This document shows, piece by piece, positions 26,409-36,798 of a stretch of DNA of 64,000 bases (position 1 is the stretch's first letter; every line of letters begins with the position of its first letter). Below the pieces are notes generated by a model, which did not search any database, was not told the origin of the DNA, and saw only the letters and a list, made by a program, of their open reading frames with translations. The position numbers and the translations under genes are program-made. The stretch is from a virus. Location of the stretch: the IMG/VR virus record IMGVR_UViG_3300006175_000002, positions 1 through 64,000 of that record; one strand, 5' to 3'.

Positions 26409-26734
26409 TCGACCGGCGCCTCCGGCACTCTCGGCTGTACCTGGGTGATCGTGTTCGCCGCTGAGTGCGCCGGCCCGGCGGCCGGCCGCGGGTACCGTTG
26501 CGCCGACTCGACCAGCACTGTTGTTGTCGGTGGTACCGGCAGCGGCGGCAGCGGGTCACTGCTGTTCGGGGTGGCGTAGGTGTGCAGGAACGCCGCCGCC
26601 CCGAACCCGATGAGGTACAGCCACTCCCACGACCGTGGCGCCCGCTGCCCCGCCAGGACGATGGTGAGCATCACTCCGATCGCCGCGTACACCCCGGCGA
26701 CCACAGCCTTATTGATTCTGTCGATGGAGCCCAT
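26405..26734 (-). CDS. Holin-like membrane protein
   Basis: NKAVVA, two TM segments, TYATPN; lies in the lysis cassette. Confidence 0.7.
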   Translation of the reverse strand: MGSIDRINKAVVAGVYAAIGVMLTIVLAGQRAPRSWEWLYLIGFGAAAFLHTYATPNSSDPLPPLPVPPTTTVLVESAQRYPRPAAGPAHSAANTITQVQPRVPEAPVE

Positions 26735-27056
26735 TCACGTTCTCACTTTCCGGTGGTGCCGGTGGTGGGGAGTATTGCAGGAGTAGCGCGAACCGCCACC
26801 AGATGACACTGTCCATGGCCCCGAACACCAGGGCGTAGACCGGCAGCGGTAGCTTCACGTTGAACCCGAGCAGGAGAAGCGAAAGCATCTCTACGCCGGT
26901 GAAGAGGCTGAACAGCCACAGGTGCCAGGCCATCACCCGGTCCCGGTGGTCCTTGACCCGATTCGGGTTACCGAACCCGGCGAGGAAAAACGCGATACCC
27001 AGGACCGATGTGACGATCTCGCCGAGGATCAACGCGGTGACCAACCGGTCCGTCAT
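26709..27056 (-). CDS. Three-TM membrane protein (putative lysis accessory)
   Basis: Three hydrophobic helices. Confidence 0.6.
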   Translation of the reverse strand: MTDRLVTALILGEIVTSVLGIAFFLAGFGNPNRVKDHRDRVMAWHLWLFSLFTGVEMLSLLLLGFNVKLPLPVYALVFGAMDSVIWWRFALLLQYSPPPAPPESENVNGLHRQNQ

Positions 27057-27256
27057 GCGTGCCTCCCCCGTAGCGCCTGCTCTGCTGCCCTGGTAAACGC
27101 GTCGGTGCGTCTCATGGCTTCCTGGCCGGCGAGCGTGATGTCTTCCACCCGCTTCTGTCGGTCGCGGGCGTCGTCGAGTTGCTGCTGTGCCACCTGGGCC
27201 GCTTCGTCGGCGCTTCCGTTGGGGGGACGACGCCAGATCCGCAGCCACGACCACAT
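27053..27256 (-). CDS. Small coiled-coil lysis-cassette protein
   Basis: Overlaps neighbours; helical. Confidence 0.6.
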   Translation of the reverse strand: MWSWLRIWRRPPNGSADEAAQVAQQQLDDARDRQKRVEDITLAGQEAMRRTDAFTRAAEQALRGRHA

Positions 27257-27618
27257 CAGACGTTCTCCCTACGTGCAGATGTCGAGGTGGACGCGATCAG
27301 TGTGCGTACGAGCTGTTCCGTATCGCGTTGCGCCTCGATCAGTTTGTCGACGGTCGCTGCGAGCCGGTCAGTCTGCTCGGCGTTGATCTTGTTTGCGGCG
27401 ATCGCCGTTTCAGCGGTGTCTTTCCACCCGAGGAGATCCTTACGCATCTGTAGGTAGAGGTAGCGGGGCACGAGCAGCCCCGTCATCACCGCTATGACCA
27501 GCAAAGTTCCGAGGCCGCCTTGGAGTAGCCATGTGGGTACCGGTGATCCGTCGAAGACGTCCGCCGCCCAGTCCATAGCCCCCCGCGTGGCCAGTCCAGA
27601 GACGAGGAACAGGATCAC
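27256..27618 (-). CDS. Membrane protein with TM + coiled coil
   Basis: GGLGTLLVIAVMTGLLVPR followed by a coiled coil. Confidence 0.65.
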   Translation of the reverse strand: MILFLVSGLATRGAMDWAADVFDGSPVPTWLLQGGLGTLLVIAVMTGLLVPRYLYLQMRKDLLGWKDTAETAIAANKINAEQTDRLAATVDKLIEAQRDTEQLVRTLIASTSTSARRENV

Positions 27619-28433
27619 GTCCCGAGACGGGCACGCTCCCGCGCGTCCGCCTCATCGCAGACCGCCTTAGCGATGTCAGGCAGCGTCGGAATCGCGGCCA
27701 GCACGGCAGTCGTGAACGCGGCCATCTGCGCGTCGGTGGGCGTCAACGTACCGACCGCGGCGATCGCCGCCGCGAGGTGGTTCACCTCTCCCCTGTTCGG
27801 GCCGCCGGCCACGTCGTGGTTGAACAGCAACGCCTCAACGCGCCACGCCTGCACCAAGGCGTCATTGTCGCTTAGTGCCATGTTGTCCCCTCCATTGATG
27901 ATGTTGGCGGCTTTCGTGATGATGAGTGTTTTCTGCGCCACGATCGCCGGGCCAGGGCAGTCGGAGTGCCCCCACGTCGGCCCGGTCCACGTGTCGGTCG
28001 GCACACTATGCCCGTTGGTGCCCATCGAGTGGTGCCCCAACCCCTTACCGAGCGGGCTCGTGGCCACCTGAAGTGGTGTGCCGTACAACTGGTGTGCCCG
28101 AGCCAGCAGCCGCGCGTTCGCGTCGACCTGCGCGTCGGTAAGCGCGTGCGGGGTGAACCCTTCGTTCTCGACGCTGATCCAATGCCCGTTCCCGTTCTGC
28201 TGCGTCCACGCCGTGTGGCTGTTAGCCGGCACGACCTGGGCGATACGACCGTCCTTGGCCACCACGAAGTGGCTGGACACCTCAGCAGCCGGGTTGTGCT
28301 GCCACTCGATCGTGCCCTCGTAGGAGCCCTCGGCGATGTGAAGCACCACGCCGCGGTGCTCATCCATCGGACCACCCTCGTTGACGGTCGGGCCGCGCCA
28401 CACCGCAAGGTCGGTCCAGATGTCGGCACTCAC
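27615..28433 (-). CDS. Endolysin, N-acetylmuramoyl-L-alanine amidase
   Basis: VVLH, SSHFVV..DG.I.Q.V, AW, ISVENEG, GHH, CPG. Confidence 0.9.
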   Translation of the reverse strand: MSADIWTDLAVWRGPTVNEGGPMDEHRGVVLHIAEGSYEGTIEWQHNPAAEVSSHFVVAKDGRIAQVVPANSHTAWTQQNGNGHWISVENEGFTPHALTDAQVDANARLLARAHQLYGTPLQVATSPLGKGLGHHSMGTNGHSVPTDTWTGPTWGHSDCPGPAIVAQKTLIITKAANIINGGDNMALSDNDALVQAWRVEALLFNHDVAGGPNRGEVNHLAAAIAAVGTLTPTDAQMAAFTTAVLAAIPTLPDIAKAVCDEADARERARLGT

Positions 28434-28792
28434 GGCGTGTATCCGGGAATCGGCGGTAACGTTGCCGTGTCCTGGTTGACTCGACGCGCCATCAGCGACG
28501 GGTGCGGCTCACCCGGGCTCGACGACACATCCCACCCGGCCGTGTCCACCCAGTCCTCGGGGAACGACAGGCTCGCCTCGAGCGCGTCCAGGACCGTCCC
28601 CAACGCCATCGCGTTCGCCGTCGACGTCGCCGACGCGGTCGCTTCGGTGACGTTCCGGTTCGGGTCCTCCGCCAACATCGCGTCGATCAGCGGTTGCACC
28701 AGCGGCGGCGCCAACTGGTCAATCGCCGGCTGGACCTGGTACAGGTACGGGCCGTCCGGGGTCACCAGGATCGCCCACAGTGGATCTGCCAT
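28430..28792 (-). CDS. Hypothetical protein
   Basis: SD AGGAGGAG. Confidence 0.6.
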   Translation of the reverse strand: MADPLWAILVTPDGPYLYQVQPAIDQLAPPLVQPLIDAMLAEDPNRNVTEATASATSTANAMALGTVLDALEASLSFPEDWVDTAGWDVSSSPGEPHPSLMARRVNQDTATLPPIPGYTP

Positions 28793-28805
28793 GCTTCTCC
28801 TCCTA

Positions 28806-29342
28806 CTAGTTCGACTGCCACACCCCGTCGCAGGATGGTTGCTGCTCAGCGGTCACAGACAGGTTCAGCGTGCCGCCGCCCTCGAAGAACGCTTGAATCT
28901 CGACGTAGTCGTTGACGTTGAGGAACAGCAGCGTGTTGCGGCCCGTCAGGGCGCCTGAGCTGGTCGACGACGATTGGAACTGGTTCGCGGTGCCGTTGAG
29001 TACGGTGCCGTTGACGGAGAACCGGACACCACGCCGCCCGGCCGGGGTAGCGAGGCTACTGAACCCGACACCACCACCGAACATGTACCAACCCGGGTAC
29101 ACGGCGGTGAACCGGGTCGCGTTCGTCACGGTCGAATGCATGCCGGTCGAGTCGACGTCCTCAGTGTCGAACGTGACCGCCTGGTACGACGCCGACGTAA
29201 GGGACTGCGCCGACGTTTGCCGGCACCGCACAATCGCTCGGGCGAGTAACCACCCGATCGGGCCGTTGATGTTCGTGTTGAAGTAGGAGGCTAAGACCAC
29301 CTCACCCGCGACAAACGAACGGGTTACGGGAACTGCCGTCAA
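28806..29342 (-). CDS. Minor tail / tail-tip protein (C1q-like beta-sandwich)
   Basis: VP.TRSFVAGEVV.A...N; V.FDTE..D; RFT...PG.Y; L...DYVE. Confidence 0.7.
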   Translation of the reverse strand: MTAVPVTRSFVAGEVVLASYFNTNINGPIGWLLARAIVRCRQTSAQSLTSASYQAVTFDTEDVDSTGMHSTVTNATRFTAVYPGWYMFGGGVGFSSLATPAGRRGVRFSVNGTVLNGTANQFQSSSTSSGALTGRNTLLFLNVNDYVEIQAFFEGGGTLNLSVTAEQQPSCDGVWQSN

Positions 29343-29386
29343 TGCGGCTCACCTCCTTCGGACGCGTGTGTGATAACCTCGCCTGC

Positions 29387-30055
29387 GTGGCAACGGATGC
29401 AGCGCGACAGAGGGCATACCGCAAACGGCGGTACGCCGAAATCGACCAACTACCAAAGATCCCCTGCGGTTGTGGGTGTGGCTCCTTGATCGCCCCGGTC
29501 AGCCGTAAACTTCGACCTCAGATGTACGCTCACGGGCACAACCCGGGCGGCGAGGCGACACGTTTCAAGGTGGGCGACAAGGAGACACCGCGGCGAGGGC
29601 AGGCTGCTTTGCGGGCCAGCGGGCGAGGGTCACGTGAAGGTCACCATAGGTGGGGCGGCGGTGACTGGCGTGTCGGTGGCGGCTACGTGCGATCAACTAT
29701 CACGGCCGCCCAAGCCGCCCTCTGGCCGACGGCGCGAACCTATGTGTACCGGGATGGTGTATCTGTTTCTCGAAGCATCCAACGATCACATAAGGTTTGG
29801 AACGAGGTTCACCCGAACGATTTGGTCCAGCCAGGGGAACAGGTTCATCATCGGAACCGGATACGGGACGATGACAGGATCGAGAACCTCCAAAAACTTA
29901 CACCGGCAATACACCGTGCGATTCATCGCGCCGAACGTTTCGGTGCTCATCTCCCCACCGGTACCGGTCGCGCCAGTCCATCGGGAGCCACCCCGCCGAC
30001 CTGTGTAGCCGCGCCTCGCGGGTCATCACGTGCGAAGCCTGACCGTCTACTTTGA
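29387..30055 (+). CDS. HNH homing endonuclease, opposite orientation to the tail genes
   Basis: C.CGCG; H.VW...VHHRN..R.DDR.ENL..L...H...H; TG-n-TAACCT leaderless promoter. Confidence 0.8.
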   Translation: MATDAARQRAYRKRRYAEIDQLPKIPCGCGCGSLIAPVSRKLRPQMYAHGHNPGGEATRFKVGDKETPRRGQAALRASGRGSREGHHRWGGGDWRVGGGYVRSTITAAQAALWPTARTYVYRDGVSVSRSIQRSHKVWNEVHPNDLVQPGEQVHHRNRIRDDDRIENLQKLTPAIHRAIHRAERFGAHLPTGTGRASPSGATPPTCVAAPRGSSRAKPDRLL

Positions 30056-30353
30056 GCAGCAGCGTCGGCCACGCGTCGGGGTGCGGGTCCAGGACCATGT
30101 TCCCCTCGTTGTCGTAGATCGGGGTGGCGGTGTTCGGGTTGGTGCGGACTCGCCAGCAGTTCCAGTCGATGCCGTCAGGGTCTTCGTGGGACACCTCGAG
30201 TACGCGGGCGGCGACGACGGGGCCGTTGTCGACTGCGCGGTAGAACACGCTGTCCCCGACGGCGGGGATCGGGGTGCGGTGTTCCTCGGGACGCCACCGG
30301 GCCCAGGTGATGGCTTCGGGGGGGTGGCGGTGCTCGGGGCCGGTGGCGCTCAT
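29898..30353 (-). CDS. Hypothetical tail-region protein
   Basis: TGATG overlap with the upstream tail gene. Confidence 0.55.
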   Translation of the reverse strand: MSATGPEHRHPPEAITWARWRPEEHRTPIPAVGDSVFYRAVDNGPVVAARVLEVSHEDPDGIDWNCWRVRTNPNTATPIYDNEGNMVLDPHPDAWPTLLLKVDGQASHVMTREARLHRSAGWLPMDWRDRYRWGDEHRNVRRDESHGVLPV

Positions 30354-33300
30354 CAGTACCCCAAGATCGTTGTTGAGTCGAGTACCCCGTACGTGGTGTT
30401 CTCCAGAATCCACACCTGCGAAATGTCCACAGGGGACAGTTGTAGGGTTGTTTTCCACGTCGACGCGGCCATGTCAACCCCGTCGTGGCTGACTTTCTCG
30501 ACGAAGTAGTCCGCGCTCATCGTGAGCCCGACCCCGCTGTTACCGGCCTTCGCGCGCCGCTTCACCGTGACCCGCGTACCGATCTCGATCGTGAGCACCA
30601 GCGGCCACAGCGTCGGGTACGACACCGGGTTCAGCTCAATTTTGTCGACCCGCTGCGTTGGCTGCTTATGCTGATTCAGCAGATAGTTCGCCGCGTCGAC
30701 CGCTTCGTTATCGTCGAGAACGTTGATCGTGCGCGTGTACCCACGGTTGAAGAACCGCCGCGCGTACGCCGGGGAGGTGGGGGTGGCGACAGCGATGATG
30801 CCGTCGGAGTTGGTGACCTGCACCGTTTCGTAGACTAACGTCGGGTCGAAGTCGAACAGGATCTCCGGCTGGTACGGGAACTCCCCACCCGCGACGTTCT
30901 CCCCGAACGTGTACGACGACGACGTTTCGAGGTAACGGATTTCGCGGCCCGCGAACGTTGCCGCCCCGGTCGGACCAACCCAGAACACACCGTTCTCGGT
31001 GGTGGCCACGTTCTGGCAGGCGGTGAGGACATCCGTGCCGGCGGTGAGATCATCGGGGCCCATGACCGACAGGGCGAACGGGTCGATATTCGTCGGCCCC
31101 GGGTAGGTCGGTGCGACGGAGAACGACGCGTTCATTGTGGCACCGGTGAGGTAACGGGTGATCCGTTGCCCGGACGTTTCCCCCGACCAGCCCGTACCGG
31201 CCTGGTACAGGTTACTCACCTCGGTGGCGGTAAGCACCCGCAACCAGATCGCCATGTGGGCGTACGTGGCGTTGACGCCGTCGCCGATGTCGCCGCCGAA
31301 GTTCCCTCCGGCGATCTCGGCAACGTTGAGGTTGAACGCGGGGGTGGAGGTGCCGAACACGACCGATGCGGTGGAGGTGTTGGACACGTTGAGGGTGCCG
31401 TCGATGTAAAGGTTCGTGACGAAGGAGTCAGCGGCCAGCGAGTTCGTGACCACGAACAGGTGAGGCAGCCCGTCGGTGTAGGTACCCGACGCGTCCGCTG
31501 TGGAGGATCCGCCCGCCGCCGGTGTGTAGACCGTGCCGGAGAACGGGTGCAGATCACCGAACGCGGTCCGTAGCAGCGAGGTCATGTTGCCGGTGGTGAT
31601 GTTCGCCAGGTCGACGAACCCGAACGTGTTCGTGGTGTCGGTGGTTACCACCCATATCGCGAAGGACACCGCCCACGTGGCACCCACCGATGGGATCGCC
31701 AAGGGCTGCGTGGGGGTGGACTGCAACGTGACCCCGTGGTTCGTGGACGTCCCCCCGGCCGTGGTGACACCCGAACCGTTCGGGTCGCCGAGGATCCCCG
31801 TCGCGTCGCCGGCGGTTGCCGTCCCTCCCGCGGTTGTTGAGGCGGACACCACCACCATGGGTGGTCCGTTGTTCCCGGAGATCTCCCCGAACGTTTGAGT
31901 CCCCTGAGGTTCCCACAGCGGCCAGTAGTAGGCCGGGTCGGTGGCCAGGACAGCGGTCATGTACGCCGTGGCCAGGGGCGTCATGTTGAGCGGGCCGAAC
32001 GCGTCGACGCAGGTGATCCCCGCTAGGCCCTCGAAGCCCTGCGAGTTCGTCTGCCACGCCGAGGGCCACCGTTCGACGTAGTCGCGCAGCACCGGGTACA
32101 GCACGGTGCCCGTGGTCGTGAACGTGCTCGCCGACCCGGCTTCCTCGTGCTGAATGTCGTCGACGAAGATCGTGCCGTCCAGGCCAGCGGAGTTCGTTGC
32201 CGGCACATACAGGGCGAAGTTGTGGAACGGTTGCGTGGCGGTGTACGTCACCGACAAGCGCACATACGCGCCGGTGGTGGTCGTGGAGCTTCCGACCACC
32301 GACCCGACCGCGGTGTAGCTCGAGAACGTCAACGCGACCGGCAGGGTGTTGGTGTTGGACGCGTTGAGGACCGACCGGCAGCCCAGACCGCCGGCGGTGA
32401 GGAGGTTCGCGTCGAACACGCCGATAGTCCAGTCGCTGGGTTCGACCGTGCCGAGGATCCACGCCTTCGCCCGGAGCAGTGTGCCGTCGGTCTTGAACCG
32501 CATCTGCACCGACGTACCGGCGATGTAGGTGAACGGCAGCGTAGCGGTGGCAACGGACGTGGTGGTACCTGTGACGCGTCGCTGGACCCGCAACCCGACG
32601 GTGCCGTCGGTGTTGAACCGGACCTCAGCGAAGTAGTAGTTCGACGCGTCCACGAACCGGCTCACGATACCGGCGTCGATCTCGGCGCCCGCCGCGACGA
32701 CGGGCACGGTGACTGTGACCCGCTGGTCGGAGTCGAGGATGCTCGACGACGCGGTCGACAGGTGGACGGTGTTGACGGCCGCGTTGGACTGGGCGGCCGC
32801 CCCGAGCCACGGAATCGTCAGCGACGTGCCGGCGGTGGTGGAGTAGTCCGCCGCGGTACCGGACACGGTCCACGCGCCGCCGTAGTCGGCGGTGCCCCAC
32901 CCGGACGCGGTGGTCCGGTTGAACGCGTCGATGACTAGGTTTTGGTCGATGATGGCGCAGGTTTGCGTGTTCGCCGACGACTGGCGAATGTAGCCGCTGG
33001 TGGTGTACTGCACGCCGGGGGTGCACGGTACCGGGAACGACATGCCCTGGTTTTCGGCGGACAGGCCACCGGAACTGACGGTATAGGTGACGTCTTTCGT
33101 GCCGGTCCGGGGTGTGGTCGTGGACACCACCGGGTCAGGGGACAGGTCCGGGTCGCCGACGATCGAGATCCATGGCACCGTTGCCCCGGTGGTTTGGTTC
33201 TCGAACGACGGGTCGTAGGCGACTCCGGCGGGTGTGCCGGTCACCTGCGCCCGCGCGTTGGTGTTGATCAGGTTGCCGCTGCCGGGGTTGGCCCACATCG

Positions 33301-33571
33301 CCTGTAGCAGGCACTGCCGGTACGGGGCCACGTTCGGGTAGTACGGGCTGCTGGTGTTGGCGGGGTTGAGGTACTCGTTGACGTCCTGAACGATCATCGT
33401 CGGGGCGCCGGCCTGCGTCTGGTTCAGCTCGTACTGCCGGCCACGGGTGGCCTGGTTCAACACGCGCAGGTAGGTGGTCTGGTCCACCCAGATCGGTACC
33501 GCGCCTGGGTCGCCGGGGTCGCAGTTGAACGTGAACAAGTACCGCAGGTCGGGGCGCCAGTTCGCTGTCAC
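30353..33571 (-). CDS. Minor tail protein with LamG/carbohydrate-binding inserts
   Basis: Follows the tape measure gene; RGRQYEL, P..YWPL.E, LamG-like region. Confidence 0.8.
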   Translation of the reverse strand: MTANWRPDLRYLFTFNCDPGDPGAVPIWVDQTTYLRVLNQATRGRQYELNQTQAGAPTMIVQDVNEYLNPANTSSPYYPNVAPYRQCLLQAMWANPGSGNLINTNARAQVTGTPAGVAYDPSFENQTTGATVPWISIVGDPDLSPDPVVSTTTPRTGTKDVTYTVSSGGLSAENQGMSFPVPCTPGVQYTTSGYIRQSSANTQTCAIIDQNLVIDAFNRTTASGWGTADYGGAWTVSGTAADYSTTAGTSLTIPWLGAAAQSNAAVNTVHLSTASSSILDSDQRVTVTVPVVAAGAEIDAGIVSRFVDASNYYFAEVRFNTDGTVGLRVQRRVTGTTTSVATATLPFTYIAGTSVQMRFKTDGTLLRAKAWILGTVEPSDWTIGVFDANLLTAGGLGCRSVLNASNTNTLPVALTFSSYTAVGSVVGSSTTTTGAYVRLSVTYTATQPFHNFALYVPATNSAGLDGTIFVDDIQHEEAGSASTFTTTGTVLYPVLRDYVERWPSAWQTNSQGFEGLAGITCVDAFGPLNMTPLATAYMTAVLATDPAYYWPLWEPQGTQTFGEISGNNGPPMVVVSASTTAGGTATAGDATGILGDPNGSGVTTAGGTSTNHGVTLQSTPTQPLAIPSVGATWAVSFAIWVVTTDTTNTFGFVDLANITTGNMTSLLRTAFGDLHPFSGTVYTPAAGGSSTADASGTYTDGLPHLFVVTNSLAADSFVTNLYIDGTLNVSNTSTASVVFGTSTPAFNLNVAEIAGGNFGGDIGDGVNATYAHMAIWLRVLTATEVSNLYQAGTGWSGETSGQRITRYLTGATMNASFSVAPTYPGPTNIDPFALSVMGPDDLTAGTDVLTACQNVATTENGVFWVGPTGAATFAGREIRYLETSSSYTFGENVAGGEFPYQPEILFDFDPTLVYETVQVTNSDGIIAVATPTSPAYARRFFNRGYTRTINVLDDNEAVDAANYLLNQHKQPTQRVDKIELNPVSYPTLWPLVLTIEIGTRVTVKRRAKAGNSGVGLTMSADYFVEKVSHDGVDMAASTWKTTLQLSPVDISQVWILENTTYGVLDSTTILGY

Positions 33572-36315
33572 TTGCGCACCCCGCCGGCGGTGCGTGGCGT
33601 TTCCAGACCGGTCGTGCCGGTACGGGCCAGGTACCGCTGCGCCGGCTCGATCAGCCCGGCGTGCAGCTCCTTCCCGTCGAGGTAGTTATGGGTGTGGACG
33701 TGCAGCACGATCGCGCCACCACCCCCGCCGCCGCCGTGGGAGCTGCCCAGGGCGTTACCGAACGCGAACGCCGGACCCTGCAACCCGCGGGCACCGGTGA
33801 ACCCGATGAGGCTGGCCACGGCTGAGGTGGCGTCGGCGGCGTTGTCGAGGATCCCCTTGACTAGGCCGCTGACGATGGATTCGCCGCCTTTCATGAACAG
33901 CCTCGAGGGGCTCTTGCCCTGGATGCCGTCCATGAAGCCGTGGAACAGGCTCGCCGCGAAGTCCCGGATCGTGTTCCACGCAGCGCTGAACATCGACTTC
34001 GCGCCATTGATCAACCCGGTGATCATGTCCCGGCCGGCGTTGTAGAGCCAGTGGGCGGCGTCAACCGCCGCGTTCTTGGCCATCGGGCCGAGGCCCTTGA
34101 GGAAGTCCCAGACGTTCTTTCCGAAGCCTTTCAGTGCCCCCCATGCCTTACTGATCCCATCGGTGAACAACCACTTGATGCCGTCCCAGGTGGCCACCAG
34201 CGCAACCCAGATGGCGTGACGGATCGCGTCGAAGGCTGCGGCCACGTCGTGGCGCATCTCGTCCCAGAAGACCCGGATCCGGTGGGGTAGCTGACTCGCG
34301 AAGTCGACGATCGCGTCGAGTCCTTCCAACCAGAGTCGCTTACCCACAGCCCACAATTCGGTGATCATGTGCCAGACCTGGCCGGGGAGCAGGAGGAACT
34401 CCCGGATCGTGGCGCCGATCCCGTAGCCCACGTTGTAGATGAATTGCTTCATGATGTCGTAGATGATGCCGGGGAGCCTTTGAAGGTAATCGGCGACCTT
34501 CCCGGGGATGGCCCCGATCCAGTCGAGAGCGGCAGAGATCGCCCCGGTGACGTCGTCCCAGATCCGGACGAAGAAGTCGGCGACAGCCTTCGCGGCATCT
34601 TTGATGTGACCCCACACGTCATCAAACGTGCGTTGCATCCAGTGCCAGATCCCGACGAAGAACCCGGCAACATCACCCGCGATCTTCTTGACAAACGCCC
34701 ACACGGTGTTCCAGTGCTTGACCAACTCGTAAATGCCGTAGGCGAGCGCGGCCACAGCGGCGAGGACGAGCAGGATCTCCCACGTCGCGGCGGCGTTCGC
34801 GATCGCGGCCGCAGTGGCGGCGTCGGCGTCGGCGATGAACGCGGGTACCAGGAACGCGTAAATCGCCCGGCCGAGCCCCATGACGTCCTTGACTAGGCCA
34901 GCGCCGGTGACGATGCCCCACCGGATCATGGCGGGGATGAGGAGTGCCGTCAGTATCTGGGCCAGCGTCTGGACGATAGGCGCCAACCCCTCCAGCTTCA
35001 TCAGGAGAGGAGTGATCCAGGTGACGATGACAGTAATCGCTTTGGCTATATCCAGCAGCGCCGGTTCGAGCGCGAGAATCAAAGCGACCAGTGTCGGGCC
35101 GAGAGCAACGAGGAGCTGCGCCAACGCGGGCAGCAGCTCAGCCAACACGTCGCCGAGGACCCCGAACAGCGTGTTCAGGACGTTGATGACGGTGGCGATC
35201 AGTTCCATGCCGGTGGCGGAGTTCAGGAACTCCGCCAACGCGTGCAGAAGTGTGCCGAGGATGCCAAGGCCACCCCCACCGGACTCCTGCAACGCCCGAA
35301 GGATGGGGTGGAGGATGTTCCACACATCCTTTAACAGCGGCACCAGCAGCTTCAGGGTGTCGAGCCCGGCCTGGATGAACGCCTCCAGCGATCCGTTACT
35401 CGCGACCTCCGCCATGAAGGCGCTGAACTTGTCCCCAAGCGCGGCGAACCCGGCACCCAGGCCGGGCAGGAACTTCGACCCGACCTCGACGAGATCGTTC
35501 AGGCCGGACAGGAAAGGCAGAAACGCGTGGCTGGCGTTCTCCCATCCCCGCCGCATGTTGTCAAGGCTGCTGGTAATCGACTTCACGGTGTCCGGGACGC
35601 GCAGCCACGCGGCGATCTCGTGGACGGTGCCCCCGAGTGCGGTGGCGATCCCCCCCAATTCGTGACGCAGGATCGGCAGGTACGTGTCCCCGACCACCTT
35701 GATGTCGTGAGCCCACTGCGAAAAGAAGCCCTGCTGAATCGTCCTATGCATCGCGTCGATTGCTGGCCGGAGCGCCAACATCTGTTTGACGGCCTCTTGG
35801 GCGGCGGGGGCGAGTTTCTTCATCGCTTCGGCGTACTTCTGCATGTCGCCGGACGCACCGGCTTTCAGCGCGTCTCCTACACCATGGAACGCCATCTTGA
35901 GAGTGATAAGCCCAGCGGCGGCAGTCGACGCCGCCGCCGGTAGCGCACCGAGGATACCCACCATGGGTGCCAGCGCCACCGCGGCCTGCGACGCCCCGTA
36001 GATCAGGGTCGTCCACATTGCTGGCATGAAAATCTTCCCAAGGCCACCGAGGATGCCGCCGCCGATGTTGCCGAAAACACCACCCAGCTTGGCCAGGGCA
36101 CCGTCAAGGGAGTGGATGAACCCGCGTTTAGCGACCTCCTCTTCCATACCATCAGAGAACTTCTTACCACTTTCCTTACCGGCGTCGTGCATCTTGTGTT
36201 CAGCGACCTCAGCGAACGTTTCGATCGCCGCGACGGCCTCAGTCAGGGCGAACGTGAGCCCGTCCAGGGAGCCGTCGATACGGAGGAGAATGTCGCCGAG
36301 TTCTTCAAACGACAC
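33568..36315 (-). CDS. Tape measure protein
   Basis: 915 aa, amphipathic repeats with periodic W/F, GI..SPSR motif. Confidence 0.9.
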   Translation of the reverse strand: MSFEELGDILLRIDGSLDGLTFALTEAVAAIETFAEVAEHKMHDAGKESGKKFSDGMEEEVAKRGFIHSLDGALAKLGGVFGNIGGGILGGLGKIFMPAMWTTLIYGASQAAVALAPMVGILGALPAAASTAAAGLITLKMAFHGVGDALKAGASGDMQKYAEAMKKLAPAAQEAVKQMLALRPAIDAMHRTIQQGFFSQWAHDIKVVGDTYLPILRHELGGIATALGGTVHEIAAWLRVPDTVKSITSSLDNMRRGWENASHAFLPFLSGLNDLVEVGSKFLPGLGAGFAALGDKFSAFMAEVASNGSLEAFIQAGLDTLKLLVPLLKDVWNILHPILRALQESGGGGLGILGTLLHALAEFLNSATGMELIATVINVLNTLFGVLGDVLAELLPALAQLLVALGPTLVALILALEPALLDIAKAITVIVTWITPLLMKLEGLAPIVQTLAQILTALLIPAMIRWGIVTGAGLVKDVMGLGRAIYAFLVPAFIADADAATAAAIANAAATWEILLVLAAVAALAYGIYELVKHWNTVWAFVKKIAGDVAGFFVGIWHWMQRTFDDVWGHIKDAAKAVADFFVRIWDDVTGAISAALDWIGAIPGKVADYLQRLPGIIYDIMKQFIYNVGYGIGATIREFLLLPGQVWHMITELWAVGKRLWLEGLDAIVDFASQLPHRIRVFWDEMRHDVAAAFDAIRHAIWVALVATWDGIKWLFTDGISKAWGALKGFGKNVWDFLKGLGPMAKNAAVDAAHWLYNAGRDMITGLINGAKSMFSAAWNTIRDFAASLFHGFMDGIQGKSPSRLFMKGGESIVSGLVKGILDNAADATSAVASLIGFTGARGLQGPAFAFGNALGSSHGGGGGGGAIVLHVHTHNYLDGKELHAGLIEPAQRYLARTGTTGLETPRTAGGVRK

Positions 36316-36330
36316 GACGACACCCCCCGC

Positions 36331-36798
36331 TCATCGAAGTAGTGCTTCCTGGACCGCGCGGCGTAGCTCGTGCAGGTACACCGCCCGGGCGGTTGGGCGG
36401 ACGATGTTCCACGCCGGTTTCAGGTGCGGTCGGGGCGGCAGGTACGTCTGATGGTTCCTGCCGGCCCAGCCGCCCAGCTCCTGGATCCGGGCGTACACCG
36501 CTGTCGACCCGACCGCCCCTTTCCAATGGGGGTGCCAGAACCCGCCGTACAGGTTCGGACCGAAGACCTTCACCGCGTCCGACAGGTGACCACTGATCCG
36601 CCACGGTGGTTCACCGGGCCGGGATCCGGTCGGCGTGTTCCTCGGGTGGACGCCGAGGTTGAGCAGGATCTGTTCCTGCCGGCCCACCCGGTCCAGGACC
36701 CGTCTCGTGGCCTGCCCCGCCGCTTCCACCGTCTTACGATTGATCAGGAACAGTCGCCGCTTGACCTGCTCCACGCCCTGGACGTACACGCCAGCCAT
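36331..36798 (-). CDS. HK97 gp10-like tail completion protein
   Basis: S.PGEPP..ISG.L; YARIQELGG; P.RP.L.PA. Confidence 0.75.
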   Translation of the reverse strand: MAGVYVQGVEQVKRRLFLINRKTVEAAGQATRRVLDRVGRQEQILLNLGVHPRNTPTGSRPGEPPWRISGHLSDAVKVFGPNLYGGFWHPHWKGAVGSTAVYARIQELGGWAGRNHQTYLPPRPHLKPAWNIVRPTARAVYLHELRRAVQEALLR

